Positions 19,770 to 28,984 of a DNA stretch of 64,000 nucleotides are shown piece after piece. The notes below the pieces were generated by a model that made no database searches, was not told where the DNA came from, and was given only the letters and a program-made list of their open reading frames with translations. Source of the stretch: an uncultured Blautia sp. (GTDB lineage: Bacteria; Bacillota; Clostridia; Lachnospirales; Lachnospiraceae); NCBI GenBank assembly GCA_900539145.1, contig UQAX01000009.1, positions 8,035 to 72,034 of the forward strand, given 5' to 3'. The first letter of the stretch is position 1. Every line of letters starts with the position of its first letter. A program made the translations under genes and the position numbers.

Positions 19770-21026
19770 GTGAAAGAAATGAACGAAACGAGAAACATTA
19801 TAGTAGGGCTGGAAATCGGAAAGCTTCAATCACAGCTTTGTTATTACGACAGGAAAGAGAAAGAGCCGATTTCTGTTTCTGTAAAGGCAGGGAGTAATCA
19901 GTATCTTTTTCCCACCCTGCTATCCGTAAATCCGGAAAAGGAAATCTGGCACTACGGGCTGGAGGCAGAATATTTTTCAGCCAATGAAGGGGAAATTGCA
20001 GTAAACGGACTGTTAGGTATATGGGGAGAGGCAGAACCTGTCCGTGTAGGAGAAAAGGTTTTTGAGGCTGCCAAGCTTATGGAAGCTTATTTAAAAGGCG
20101 TATTATCTCTTTTGGGAGTGGGAGAGCCTGTAAGACAGATAAAGGGGCTGATGATTACCGTTCCAAAGCTGTCTTCCTCTATGGTACAGGTGGTTTATGA
20201 GGCAGCCGCAGGCATGGGATTTTCCAGAAATCAGATTTTTTTGCAGGATTATGATGAGAGCTTTTATTATTATGTTATGAACCACAGGAAGGATAATTGT
20301 ACAAGAAAAATCGGCTGGTTCTTATTTGACAATAATCAGGTGTCCTTTGCAAGATTGGTGATGGACAACCAGAAAAGACCGGCAATGGCGTATATTGAGC
20401 ATGGAATTACAGCGGAATTATCCACAGATCCGGTAAAGAGAGATGAGGATTTCTACCGTTTAATTGACCGTTCCTGTGGAAAAGATCCTTATTCCAGTAT
20501 TTATATGGTGGGAGAAGGATTTGATCAGGAGTGGGCAGTGCGTTCTGTTCCGTTTTTGTGCAGAAATCAGAGACACGTTTTTTATGGAAATAATCTCTAT
20601 GTAAAAGGGGCTTGCTATGGAGCCAGAGAGAAATGTGATGAAGGAATTTTAAAAGGATATTTGTATTTAAGTCCTTCTTTGATACAAAATAATGTGGCAA
20701 TGGAAATGCTAGTGAACGGTTCCCCGAAGACGTATCCTTTGGTAGAAGCAGGTAAGAACTGGTATGAAATTCATACAGAGCTGGAGCTTATTTTAGACGA
20801 AAAAGAGGATTTGGAATTTGTAGTGACACCCATGGAAGGCGGAAGTAAGACCAGATTTAGCATGAAGCTTCCGGGACTTCCCAAAAGACCGAATAAAACC
20901 ACAAGATTAAAAATCTGTATATCCTACGAGAGCAGTGAAACCTGTGTGATTGTTGTGGAGGATATGGGCTTTGGAGAGATGTTTCCTTCCAATGGAAACG
21001 TATGGACAGAGAAAGTGTCATGGTAA
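19770..21026 (+). CDS. divergent Hsp70/actin-fold (ASKHA) ATPase-like protein; I recall it as DUF5716-like
   Basis: 418 aa. The N-terminus IIVGLEIGKLQSQLCYYD resembles the Hsp70 phosphate-1 motif (IIGIDLGTTNS). The segment EPVRQIKGLMITVPKLSSSMVQVVYEAAAGMGF…DYDESFYYY aligns with DnaK [31 protein letters not shown]…[19 protein letters not shown] ribosome-binding site. Confidence 0.6.
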   Translation: MKEMNETRNIIVGLEIGKLQSQLCYYDRKEKEPISVSVKAGSNQYLFPTLLSVNPEKEIWHYGLEAEYFSANEGEIAVNGLLGIWGEAEPVRVGEKVFEAAKLMEAYLKGVLSLLGVGEPVRQIKGLMITVPKLSSSMVQVVYEAAAGMGFSRNQIFLQDYDESFYYYVMNHRKDNCTRKIGWFLFDNNQVSFARLVMDNQKRPAMAYIEHGITAELSTDPVKRDEDFYRLIDRSCGKDPYSSIYMVGEGFDQEWAVRSVPFLCRNQRHVFYGNNLYVKGACYGAREKCDEGILKGYLYLSPSLIQNNVAMEMLVNGSPKTYPLVEAGKNWYEIHTELELILDEKEDLEFVVTPMEGGSKTRFSMKLPGLPKRPNKTTRLKICISYESSETCVIVVEDMGFGEMFPSNGNVWTEKVSW

Positions 21027-21038
21027 AGGAGGACAGGA

Positions 21039-21815
21039 ATGAGCGGATATATTTTATGTCAGTTAAAAAGAGCAGAAATTCCCTATTATATCGAGAATAT
21101 CAGCACCAATATTTATAGTATTGAGGAGCTGTGCTATTATTTTTACCATAACATTTATCTTTTGGATGAAAGTATATTAAATGAGCATCTCTGTGATTGG
21201 ATTCGTAAAGAATTTGGTCTGGAGAAATTATATCGCCGTCTTTATAAGGTATTGGAAGAAAATATGGGAACAGGAGAATTTATTCTCGCTGTATTTAAGG
21301 AAATCAATTATCTGACACATCAGGAATTTAAGAAATTAAATGAGCAGATTTCTCTTTTGGAGCAGCAGCCTAAGGTTCTTCGTGAGAAGAAAAAGGGAGA
21401 TTATCTGGTAGAAAACAAAATGTATGTAAATGCTGTGAAGATATATGAAAATGCTCTTTTAAAAGAAGATAACGAGGGGCTGGGAGAACAGTTCCGTGGC
21501 GGCATTTATCACAATATGGGATGCGCTTATCTGCATTTGTTTCAGTTTGAGGAAGCAGCAGAATGTTTTTTGAAAGCCTATCAGTTTCTGCATACAAAGC
21601 AGGTGCTTTCCCATTATCTTACGGCGTGCTGTATGGGAAATCCGGAAGAATTTTCGGGTATATGCAACCGTATGGGAGTTTCTCCCCAGATGCAGGAGGA
21701 AATAAAAGAAAAGCTGAAGGAAGCCGGTGAAACGGTGGAGGAACCGCAAAATCAGGAGCCGGGAAAATGTTTAGAAGGTTTTATTAAGGAATATCACAGA
21801 AGCACAGGATTTTAG
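21039..21815 (+). CDS. uncharacterised protein with TPR-like repeat
   Basis: 258 aa. AGGAGG lies 7 nt upstream. A TPR-like stretch (AVKIYENALLKEDNEGLGEQFRGGIYHNMGCAYLHLFQFEEAAECFLKAY) is present. This is the third gene of the co-oriented block. Confidence 0.5.
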   Translation: MSGYILCQLKRAEIPYYIENISTNIYSIEELCYYFYHNIYLLDESILNEHLCDWIRKEFGLEKLYRRLYKVLEENMGTGEFILAVFKEINYLTHQEFKKLNEQISLLEQQPKVLREKKKGDYLVENKMYVNAVKIYENALLKEDNEGLGEQFRGGIYHNMGCAYLHLFQFEEAAECFLKAYQFLHTKQVLSHYLTACCMGNPEEFSGICNRMGVSPQMQEEIKEKLKEAGETVEEPQNQEPGKCLEGFIKEYHRSTGF

Positions 21816-21922
21816 AGAATGGTTTTTTCGGGAGTATTTTCGTCTTGTGTTTTTAAAGGTAATGATATATAATCCAGATGTATTACACTGAGTAAGTATA
21901 AGAAAGCAGAGGTAAGAAGAAT

Positions 21923-23356
21923 ATGAGTACAGACAGATATGTAAGCCCATTATCCGAACGTTATGCAAGCAGAGAAATGCAGTATATTTTTTCTCCGGAT
22001 ATGAAATTCCGCACATGGAGAAAGCTGTGGATTGCTTTGGCTGAAACTGAAAAGGAATTAGGTTTGAATATTACCCAGGAACAGATTGATGAATTAAAAG
22101 CTAACGCAGATAACATCAATTACGATGTGGCAAAGGAAAGAGAAAAACAGGTTCGTCATGATGTTATGTCCCATGTTTATGCTTATGGGGTACAGTGTCC
22201 AAAAGCAAAGGGAATTATTCATTTAGGTGCAACAAGCTGTTATGTAGGTGACAATACAGATATTATTGTTATGACAGAGGCGTTGAAACTGGTTCGTAAA
22301 AAACTGGTGAATGTCATTGCAGAATTGGCAAAATTCGCAGAGGAGCACAAAGCTCTGCCAACACTTGCATTTACTCATTTTCAGCCTGCACAGCCTACAA
22401 CCGTAGGTAAGAGAGCAACTCTTTGGATGCAGGAATTCTTATTAGATTTAGAAGATTTAGATTTTGTACTTAGTACCATGAAGCTGTTAGGCTCTAAAGG
22501 AACAACAGGAACACAGGCAAGCTTTTTGGAATTATTTGACGGCGATCAGGAAACCATTGATAAAATCGATCCGATGATTGCACAGAAAATGGGCTTTAAG
22601 GAGTGTTATCCTGTTTCCGGACAGACTTATTCCCGTAAAGTGGATACAAGAGTTTTAAATGTGCTGGCAGGAATTGCTGCAAGCGCTCACAAATTTTCCA
22701 ACGATATTCGTCTGCTTCAGCATTTAAAAGAAGTAGAAGAGCCTTTTGAAAAGAGCCAGATTGGTTCCTCTGCTATGGCATACAAGAGAAACCCAATGAG
22801 AAGTGAAAGAATTGCGTCTCTGTCCAGATTTGTTATGGTAGATGCGTTAAATCCTGCTATTACATCTGCAACACAGTGGTTTGAAAGAACACTGGACGAC
22901 TCTGCAAATAAACGTCTTTCTGTTCCGGAAGGTTTCCTTGCCATTGACGGTATTTTAGACCTTTGTTTAAATGTAGTAGACGGCTTGGTTGTATATCCGA
23001 AAGTTATTGAAAAACGTTTGAGAAGTGAGCTTCCGTTTATGGCAACAGAAAACATTATGATGGATGCTGTAAAAGCAGGGGGAGACCGTCAGGAATTACA
23101 TGAAAAAATTCGTGAGCTTTCCATGGAAGCAGGAAGAAATGTAAAAGTAGAAGGTAAAGACAACAACCTTCTGGAACTGATTGCTGCTGACCCGGCGTTT
23201 AACATGACACTGGAGGATTTACAGAAGACTATGGACCCGGCTAAATATACAGGACGTGCGGCAGTTCAGGTAGACAACTTCTTAAAGAAAGTAGTTCATC
23301 CTGTTTTGGAAGCAAACAAAGAGCTTCTGGGTATGACAGCAGAAATCAATGTGTAA
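21923..23356 (+). CDS. purB: adenylosuccinate lyase
   Basis: 477 aa with PurB signature regions (…GATSCYVGDNTD…SSAMAYKRNPMRSERI…). Confidence 0.9.
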   Translation: MSTDRYVSPLSERYASREMQYIFSPDMKFRTWRKLWIALAETEKELGLNITQEQIDELKANADNINYDVAKEREKQVRHDVMSHVYAYGVQCPKAKGIIHLGATSCYVGDNTDIIVMTEALKLVRKKLVNVIAELAKFAEEHKALPTLAFTHFQPAQPTTVGKRATLWMQEFLLDLEDLDFVLSTMKLLGSKGTTGTQASFLELFDGDQETIDKIDPMIAQKMGFKECYPVSGQTYSRKVDTRVLNVLAGIAASAHKFSNDIRLLQHLKEVEEPFEKSQIGSSAMAYKRNPMRSERIASLSRFVMVDALNPAITSATQWFERTLDDSANKRLSVPEGFLAIDGILDLCLNVVDGLVVYPKVIEKRLRSELPFMATENIMMDAVKAGGDRQELHEKIRELSMEAGRNVKVEGKDNNLLELIAADPAFNMTLEDLQKTMDPAKYTGRAAVQVDNFLKKVVHPVLEANKELLGMTAEINV

Positions 23357-23383
23357 AATACAACAGAAATGAGAGGACATGGT

Positions 23384-24670
23384 ATGAAACAGGAAAAGAA
23401 GGGGAGAGCTTCGGCGCTTTTACCCATTGGAATATTCCTTGTCATCTTTATCGGTGCGGGAATTATTTCCAATGACTTTTATACAATGCCTGCCATTGTG
23501 GGATTTTTAATCGCCTTGGTTGTGGCGTTTTTACAGAACCCCAGAGTGCGTTTTCACGATAAAATTTCCATTATTTCAAAGGGCATCGGAGAAGAAAATA
23601 TCGTGACAATGTGTCTGATTTTCCTTGCGGCAGGGGCTTTTTCCGGCACGATTAAGGCAGCAGGGGGAGTAGAAAGTACCGTAAACTTAGGTCTTTCTAT
23701 TATGCCGTCATCTATTGCGGTAGTAGGCTTGTTTATTATTGGATGCTTTATTTCCATCTCTATGGGAACATCTGTGGGGACCATTACGGCAATGGCTCCG
23801 ATTGGTGTGGGAATTGCAGAAAAAACAGGGATTTCCATGCCGATTTGCATGGGCGCGATTGTATGCGGCGCTATGTTCGGTGATAATTTATCCATGATTT
23901 CCGATACAACCATTGCCGCTGTTCGAACACAGGGCTGTGAAATGAAGGATAAATTTAAGGAAAACTTCCTTATTGTACTGCCGGCAGCAATTATAACAGC
24001 TGTTATTTTTTTCTTCATTGCCAGCGGAAACGCAGGAAAAATTGATGAAGAGCTGAATTATGAAATTGTAAAGGTAGTACCGTATTTGGTAGTATTGATT
24101 GGCGCATTAGTGGGAATTAATGTGTTTGTTGTTTTGATTGCAGGAACGGTTTTATCCGCTATTGTAGGTGTGGGAACAGGCGCCTTTGCCATTGGAGAGG
24201 TATTCCAGAAAATGGGCGAAGGAATTACCAGTATGTATGATATTACCGTTATTTCCATTATTGTGGCTGCTATTGTAGCCTTAGTGAAGGAATACGGCGG
24301 AATTGAATTTATTTTGAATGTGATTAAGAAGCGAATTAACGGACCGAGAGGAGGAGAATTTGGTATCTCCATTCTGGCTTTACTGGTAGATTGCTGTACA
24401 GCAAATAATACAGTGGCAATCGTTATGTCAGGCCCTATTGCAAAGGAAATCAGTGAGGAGTTTGACGTATCTCCGAGACGAAGCGCTTCTTTACTGGATA
24501 TTTTCGCATCGGTAGGACAGGGAATTATCCCTTACGGAGCACAGCTTTTGACAGCAGCAGGACTTTCTGCATTGTCTCCGGTACAGATTATGCCATATCT
24601 GTTTTATCCGATTTTGATGGGTGTTAGTGCAGTGTTATTTATTCTGTTTAGAAGAAGAACCGCAAAATAA
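23384..24670 (+). CDS. nhaC: Na+/H+ antiporter NhaC family transporter
   Basis: About 428 aa polytopic membrane protein with NhaC-family motifs. I chose ATG 23384 because GAGAGGA lies 7 nt upstream; the ORF-track start at 23369 has no ribosome-binding site. Confidence 0.75.
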   Translation: MKQEKKGRASALLPIGIFLVIFIGAGIISNDFYTMPAIVGFLIALVVAFLQNPRVRFHDKISIISKGIGEENIVTMCLIFLAAGAFSGTIKAAGGVESTVNLGLSIMPSSIAVVGLFIIGCFISISMGTSVGTITAMAPIGVGIAEKTGISMPICMGAIVCGAMFGDNLSMISDTTIAAVRTQGCEMKDKFKENFLIVLPAAIITAVIFFFIASGNAGKIDEELNYEIVKVVPYLVVLIGALVGINVFVVLIAGTVLSAIVGVGTGAFAIGEVFQKMGEGITSMYDITVISIIVAAIVALVKEYGGIEFILNVIKKRINGPRGGEFGISILALLVDCCTANNTVAIVMSGPIAKEISEEFDVSPRRSASLLDIFASVGQGIIPYGAQLLTAAGLSALSPVQIMPYLFYPILMGVSAVLFILFRRRTAK

Positions 24671-24672
24671 AA

Positions 24673-24712
24673 AACAGCAATAGGTTATGTGGCCTATTGC
24701 TGTTTTTTATTT
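24673..24712. terminator. bidirectional rho-independent terminator (nhaC / HAD hydrolase convergent pair)
   Basis: The stem aacagcaatagg / cctattgctgtt is followed by a T-run on the plus strand and a T-rich stretch on the minus strand. Confidence 0.7.
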
Positions 24713-25540
24713 TACTCCGAAATCCAATAATTGCCGAACAGCATTTTTCTTACTTGTGAAATGAACAGCATGAAAACCAAGTGCTCGTGCTTCAGCGATA
24801 TTGTCCATTAAATCATCAATAAAGACGGCTTTCTGCGGAACAATTTCAAAATCTGTAATCAGCTTTTGATAGATTTCCGGTTCCGGCTTTATGCAGTGTA
24901 TTTGCCAGGACATGTATCCTCCGTCTACAAGCTTTAGAAAATCCAGTTCTTTTGTACACCGGTCATAAACAGGTTTCGCAAAGTTGGATAAAATATAAAT
25001 TTTATATCCTCGTTTTTTTAAATAACTCAGCCAGTCTTTTGTGTAAGAATAGGTAGAAATGGTTTTTCCCACAGCATCAAAGGTTTCACGAATTTCTTTT
25101 TCGTAATCAGGTGCATTGGAAATAAAAGTCTGTAAAAGTTCTTCTTCTGACAGAATTCCACGGTCTGCTTCCGCCCATTCCTTGCTGAGAAAAACAGCTT
25201 TGGCTACGGCAGTTCCCGTTTTTTCATCATATCCTAATTCTTTTAAGAGTTTCTTCCAGTCATATTTTGCAAGCACATTGCCAATATCAAAAATCAGCGT
25301 ATCGATTTCGGAAGCTTCCGCAGAGATTTTGGGTATTTCTTCATCCTTGGGGTGTGTCCATTTGTATACCAGCATAAAAGCATACAAGAGAACAGGTATC
25401 ACCACAGTCGCATAAAGAGATGCCATAAGCATGCCGCCTGTTTTGGAGTGGTCTGTCAGGGATAAAATAAAGGTCAACACGTACATACCCACTAAAAGAC
25501 CGACTCCGATGATTGCAAGAAGTCGTTTGATATTTTTCAC
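24707..25540 (-). CDS. HAD-IA family hydrolase with N-terminal membrane anchor (two TM helices)
   Basis: 277 aa. HAD motif I variant IFDIGNVL, motif III YILSN(F) and C-terminal FIDD. GTG start sits 7 nt after AAGGGAGA. Confidence 0.65.
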   Translation of the reverse strand: MKNIKRLLAIIGVGLLVGMYVLTFILSLTDHSKTGGMLMASLYATVVIPVLLYAFMLVYKWTHPKDEEIPKISAEASEIDTLIFDIGNVLAKYDWKKLLKELGYDEKTGTAVAKAVFLSKEWAEADRGILSEEELLQTFISNAPDYEKEIRETFDAVGKTISTYSYTKDWLSYLKKRGYKIYILSNFAKPVYDRCTKELDFLKLVDGGYMSWQIHCIKPEPEIYQKLITDFEIVPQKAVFIDDLMDNIAEARALGFHAVHFTSKKNAVRQLLDFGVK

Positions 25541-25604
25541 TTCTTAATCTCCCTTACTTGTAATATCTATTGTACTATTATAATAATTTTCGAGGGTATC
25601 GTCA

Positions 25605-26492
25605 ATGTATAATGAGAGAATTTTACAATATGAACATGAAACTATGGGAAAAGAAATAAGAGATTTGCTGTATAGGTATCAGGGAAACATTTGGCTTGAC
25701 AGCGTGGGAAGGAGCTTTGATGACAGAGAAATTTACAGAATAATTGTGGGGAATAGAACAGCAGAAAAGAAAATTTTATTTACAGGAGCCATTCACGGAA
25801 GAGAATATATGACAGCAAAGCTTCTGGTAAAACAGACGGAGCATTTTCTTCAGTATATGTGCGAAGGGGGGAATGAGGATTTTGATGTGGCAGTACATGT
25901 AATTCCTATGGTCAATCCTGACGGAGCAGCGCTGTGTCATAGGGGCATAGAGGGAATTAGGAAAAAAGAATTAAAAGAAAAGCTTTTGAAAATAAAGGAA
26001 AAGGAAGATTTTGTTAGGTGGAAATCCAACGCAAGAGGCGTGGATTTAAACAGAAATTTTGATGCTTTTTGGAACGAATATTCCTGTGAAAAACAAAAAC
26101 CTTCTGCGGAAAAATATAAAGGCGCATATCCGGAGTCAGAGGTGGAAACAAAAGCACTTACAAGGCTTACAAGAAAGGAAAAATTTCAGGCAACCATAAG
26201 CTATCATTCCTCAGGAGAGGTGATTTACTGGGATTTCGGACAGCAGGGAAAATTAAGGGAAGACACCAAGAAGCTGGCAAAAGTGATAGGAGATACAACG
26301 GGATACGAGATAATAGACGGGTGGGATAAAATAGCACCGGCGGGATACAAGGACTGGGCGCTTCTGGAAATGAAAATTCCCAGTGTTACCATAGAAATCG
26401 GAAAAGGGGACTCCCCGCTTTCGGAAAACGAATTTCCTGAAATATGGGAGAAAAATAAAGATATCTGGAAGAATATTCTTCGTATTATGTAG
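25605..26492 (+). CDS. M14 family zinc carboxypeptidase (gamma-D-glutamyl-diamino acid peptidase-like)
   Basis: 295 aa. The zinc-ligand motif HGREY and the M14-typical VDLNRNF and YHS..E motifs are present. Confidence 0.75.
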   Translation: MYNERILQYEHETMGKEIRDLLYRYQGNIWLDSVGRSFDDREIYRIIVGNRTAEKKILFTGAIHGREYMTAKLLVKQTEHFLQYMCEGGNEDFDVAVHVIPMVNPDGAALCHRGIEGIRKKELKEKLLKIKEKEDFVRWKSNARGVDLNRNFDAFWNEYSCEKQKPSAEKYKGAYPESEVETKALTRLTRKEKFQATISYHSSGEVIYWDFGQQGKLREDTKKLAKVIGDTTGYEIIDGWDKIAPAGYKDWALLEMKIPSVTIEIGKGDSPLSENEFPEIWEKNKDIWKNILRIM

Positions 26493-26875
26493 GAGAATGA
26501 GGGTGCTTTCAAACACCCTCAAAAAGGGGAGGATAAAGTATTTCTACTTTTTCTTTTGTTGTCTGCAGGGAGGGATGCGTCTTTGTATCATCTCCCTGTG
26601 GACTATTTGTAGTATAGACAGAAATTGAAAAGTTATACAAAAATAAAAAGAAAATAAAAAAAATTTCACTTTACTCTCTCGCAGGTTTCTTATATACTGT
26701 ATCCTAAATAAATTATAAGAGAAGGGAGTAAGACACTGCACAATGGATGAAGATGACTGTACCAATAAGGAAAATCCTTCTGTACATCTGATGTTGCGCT
26801 GGATAGGCGTAAGCCTGTATTTGCGGGAATGAGAAAAAAGCAATCAGATATCAGATTATTTAAGGAGGAAAGAAA

Positions 26876-28207
26876 TTGGGAAGTACAATTATTTTTATGA
26901 TTTTATTACAGGTAGTATTGATTTTATTAAATGCGGTTTTTGCATGTGCGGAAATTGCAGTGATTTCCATGAACGATAATAAAATGGAAAAGATGGCGGA
27001 AGAAGGAAATAAAAGGGCGAAGCGGCTTGTAAAGCTTACAAGTCAGCCGGCACGTTTTCTGGCAACTATTCAGGTGGCAATTACCTTGTCCGGTTTTCTG
27101 GGCAGTGCTTTTGCAGCAGAGAACTTTTCCGATGTGCTGGTAAAAGGTATTCAAGGACTGGGAATTGCTATTCCGGTTCAGGTTTTAGAGTCTGTTTCCG
27201 TTATTTTAATTACCATTGTGTTGTCTTATTTCACACTTGTATTTGGAGAACTTGTTCCAAAGCAGATTGCCATGCGAAAAGCAGAGCCCTTTGCTCTTGG
27301 AATTTCAGCTTTGATTGACGGAATTTCAAAGATTTTTTCACCTCTGGTGAGCTTTTTGACATTTTCCACAAACTCTGTTTTAAAGCTTTTAGGCATTGAT
27401 ACAGACAAAGAGGAGGAACAGGTCAGCGAAGAGGAAATTCGCATGATGGTTGATGTGGGAACGGAAAAGGGCACCATTGACTGTGAAGAAAGAGAATTTA
27501 TACAAAATGTATTTGAATTTGATGATTTATCCGCAGAGGAGATTGTGACACACAGAACCGACGTGGTGATGCTGGATATGGAAGATGACATGGAAACGTG
27601 GAGAGAAACCATTTACCATACCAGATATACCATGTATCCTATCTGTGAAGAAACAGCGGACAAAATTATCGGTGTGTTAAATGCAAAAGAATACTTCCGT
27701 CTGGAAGATAAAAGCCGCAGCGTTGTTATGGAGCATGCAGTAAGCCAACCATATTTTGTGCCGGATACGGTAAAAGCGGACGTGCTGTTCCGAAATATGA
27801 AAAAGAAAAAATGCTCTATGGCAATCGTACTGGATGAATATGGTGGAATGACGGGAATTGTAACCTTAAATGACTTAATCGAACAGCTGGTAGGGGAACT
27901 GGAAGAGGATACCTTTCCCGAGCTCGAGCCTTTGGAAAACGGGGCATGGAAGGTGAGAGGAACGGCATTGCTGGAGGAAATGTCTGAAATGCTGGCAATC
28001 CCACTTCCAAGTGAGGAATATGATACCTTTAACGGTCTTGTATTTCATGCGTTGGGGAGTATTCCGCAGGATGGTACAGAGCTGTCTTTAGAAATTGACC
28101 GATTATGTATCACAGATATGAAAATTCACAATCATAAAGTTGAGAGTGCAGTTGTCACTATAAAAGAGACCTCTGACACGGAACAATCCGAAGAGGAAAG
28201 AAAGTAA
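26876..28207 (+). CDS. HlyC/CorC family transporter (DUF21-CBS pair-CorC_HlyC; CNNM-like divalent cation efflux)
   Basis: 443 aa. It has an N-terminal DUF21 membrane domain, CBS pair and a CorC C-terminal domain. TTG start sits 7 nt after AAGGAGG. It is preceded by a roughly 350-nt leader. Confidence 0.8.
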   Translation: MGSTIIFMILLQVVLILLNAVFACAEIAVISMNDNKMEKMAEEGNKRAKRLVKLTSQPARFLATIQVAITLSGFLGSAFAAENFSDVLVKGIQGLGIAIPVQVLESVSVILITIVLSYFTLVFGELVPKQIAMRKAEPFALGISALIDGISKIFSPLVSFLTFSTNSVLKLLGIDTDKEEEQVSEEEIRMMVDVGTEKGTIDCEEREFIQNVFEFDDLSAEEIVTHRTDVVMLDMEDDMETWRETIYHTRYTMYPICEETADKIIGVLNAKEYFRLEDKSRSVVMEHAVSQPYFVPDTVKADVLFRNMKKKKCSMAIVLDEYGGMTGIVTLNDLIEQLVGELEEDTFPELEPLENGAWKVRGTALLEEMSEMLAIPLPSEEYDTFNGLVFHALGSIPQDGTELSLEIDRLCITDMKIHNHKVESAVVTIKETSDTEQSEEERK

Positions 28208-28210
28208 GGA

Positions 28211-28239
28211 TTGAAAAAAAGCTGATTTTCGTATATACT
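28211..28239 (+). promoter_or_regulatory. sigma-A type promoter TTGAAA-N17-TATACT
   Basis: Near-consensus -35 and -10 hexamers with 17-bp spacing. The predicted transcription start is at about 28246. Confidence 0.6.
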
Positions 28240-28297
28240 GTATCTGTTGAACCAAATGGTGAAATATGAAAATAAAAACAAAAGGCAGGTAAGATAC

Positions 28298-28801
28298 ATG
28301 GCATTATTACAGGAATGGAGAGATATGGCATACTCTCAGCAGGCTGATAGAGCACAGCTGCAGAAATTCTGGACAGAGTACTTTTTAATTGAAAAGGGAA
28401 TTTACGAAAAACTTCTCAGCAATCCAAATGAAGTTGTAAAAGGTACAGTAAAAGAACTGGCAGAAAAATTCGATGTAGAATTGATGTCTATGGTAGGTTT
28501 CCTTGACGGTATTAACGACAGCTTGAAAATTCAGAACCCAATCGAAGAAATGGATGAAAATACAGAGGTAAATTTAGGATATGATTTAGAAACTCTGTAT
28601 AAAAACATGGTAGACGCAAAAGCAGACTGGTTATACGAGCTTCCACAGTGGAACAGCATTTTCTCAGAAGAAAAGAGAAAAGAACTGTACTTAGAGCAGA
28701 AAAAATCCGGTACTGTTGTAAAAGGTCCTAAAATCGGACGTAACGACCCATGTCCATGCGGAAGCGGTAAGAAATATAAACATTGCTGCGGAAGAAAATA
28801 A
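28298..28801 (+). CDS. SEC-C metal-binding motif protein
   Basis: C-terminal [21 protein letters not shown] motif. I chose ATG 28298 because the upstream TTG and ATG candidates lie at or before the predicted transcription start. Confidence 0.6.
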   Translation: MALLQEWRDMAYSQQADRAQLQKFWTEYFLIEKGIYEKLLSNPNEVVKGTVKELAEKFDVELMSMVGFLDGINDSLKIQNPIEEMDENTEVNLGYDLETLYKNMVDAKADWLYELPQWNSIFSEEKRKELYLEQKKSGTVVKGPKIGRNDPCPCGSGKKYKHCCGRK

Positions 28802-28984
28802 ATAAGTGATAAAGAAACAGAATTTTTTATCAGATACAGGGCAGGCTGTTTGGTAAAAGGTTCTGTTTTTTTATACGATATAGGCTCAGCTACTTCATTT
28901 GCAAATGAAATGCTGAACTTCTATCAATAACAAAAGATTTCTTGTGTAAAATATTATGATAGTTGTATTATTGTAGGAGTAAAA

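Noticed and set aside
26544-26843. 99-aa minus-strand ORF in the leader of the CorC/HlyC gene
   Set aside because: It has no ribosome-binding site, and its low-complexity composition (FFLFSFYF) reads like antisense of an A-rich tract. The region is more plausibly a 5' UTR.
28247-28297. TTG 28247 and ATG 28256 as starts for the SEC-C protein
   Set aside because: They lie at or just after the predicted transcription start of the TTGAAA-N17-TATACT promoter and lack a ribosome-binding site. ATG 28298 is preceded by AAGGCAGGT.
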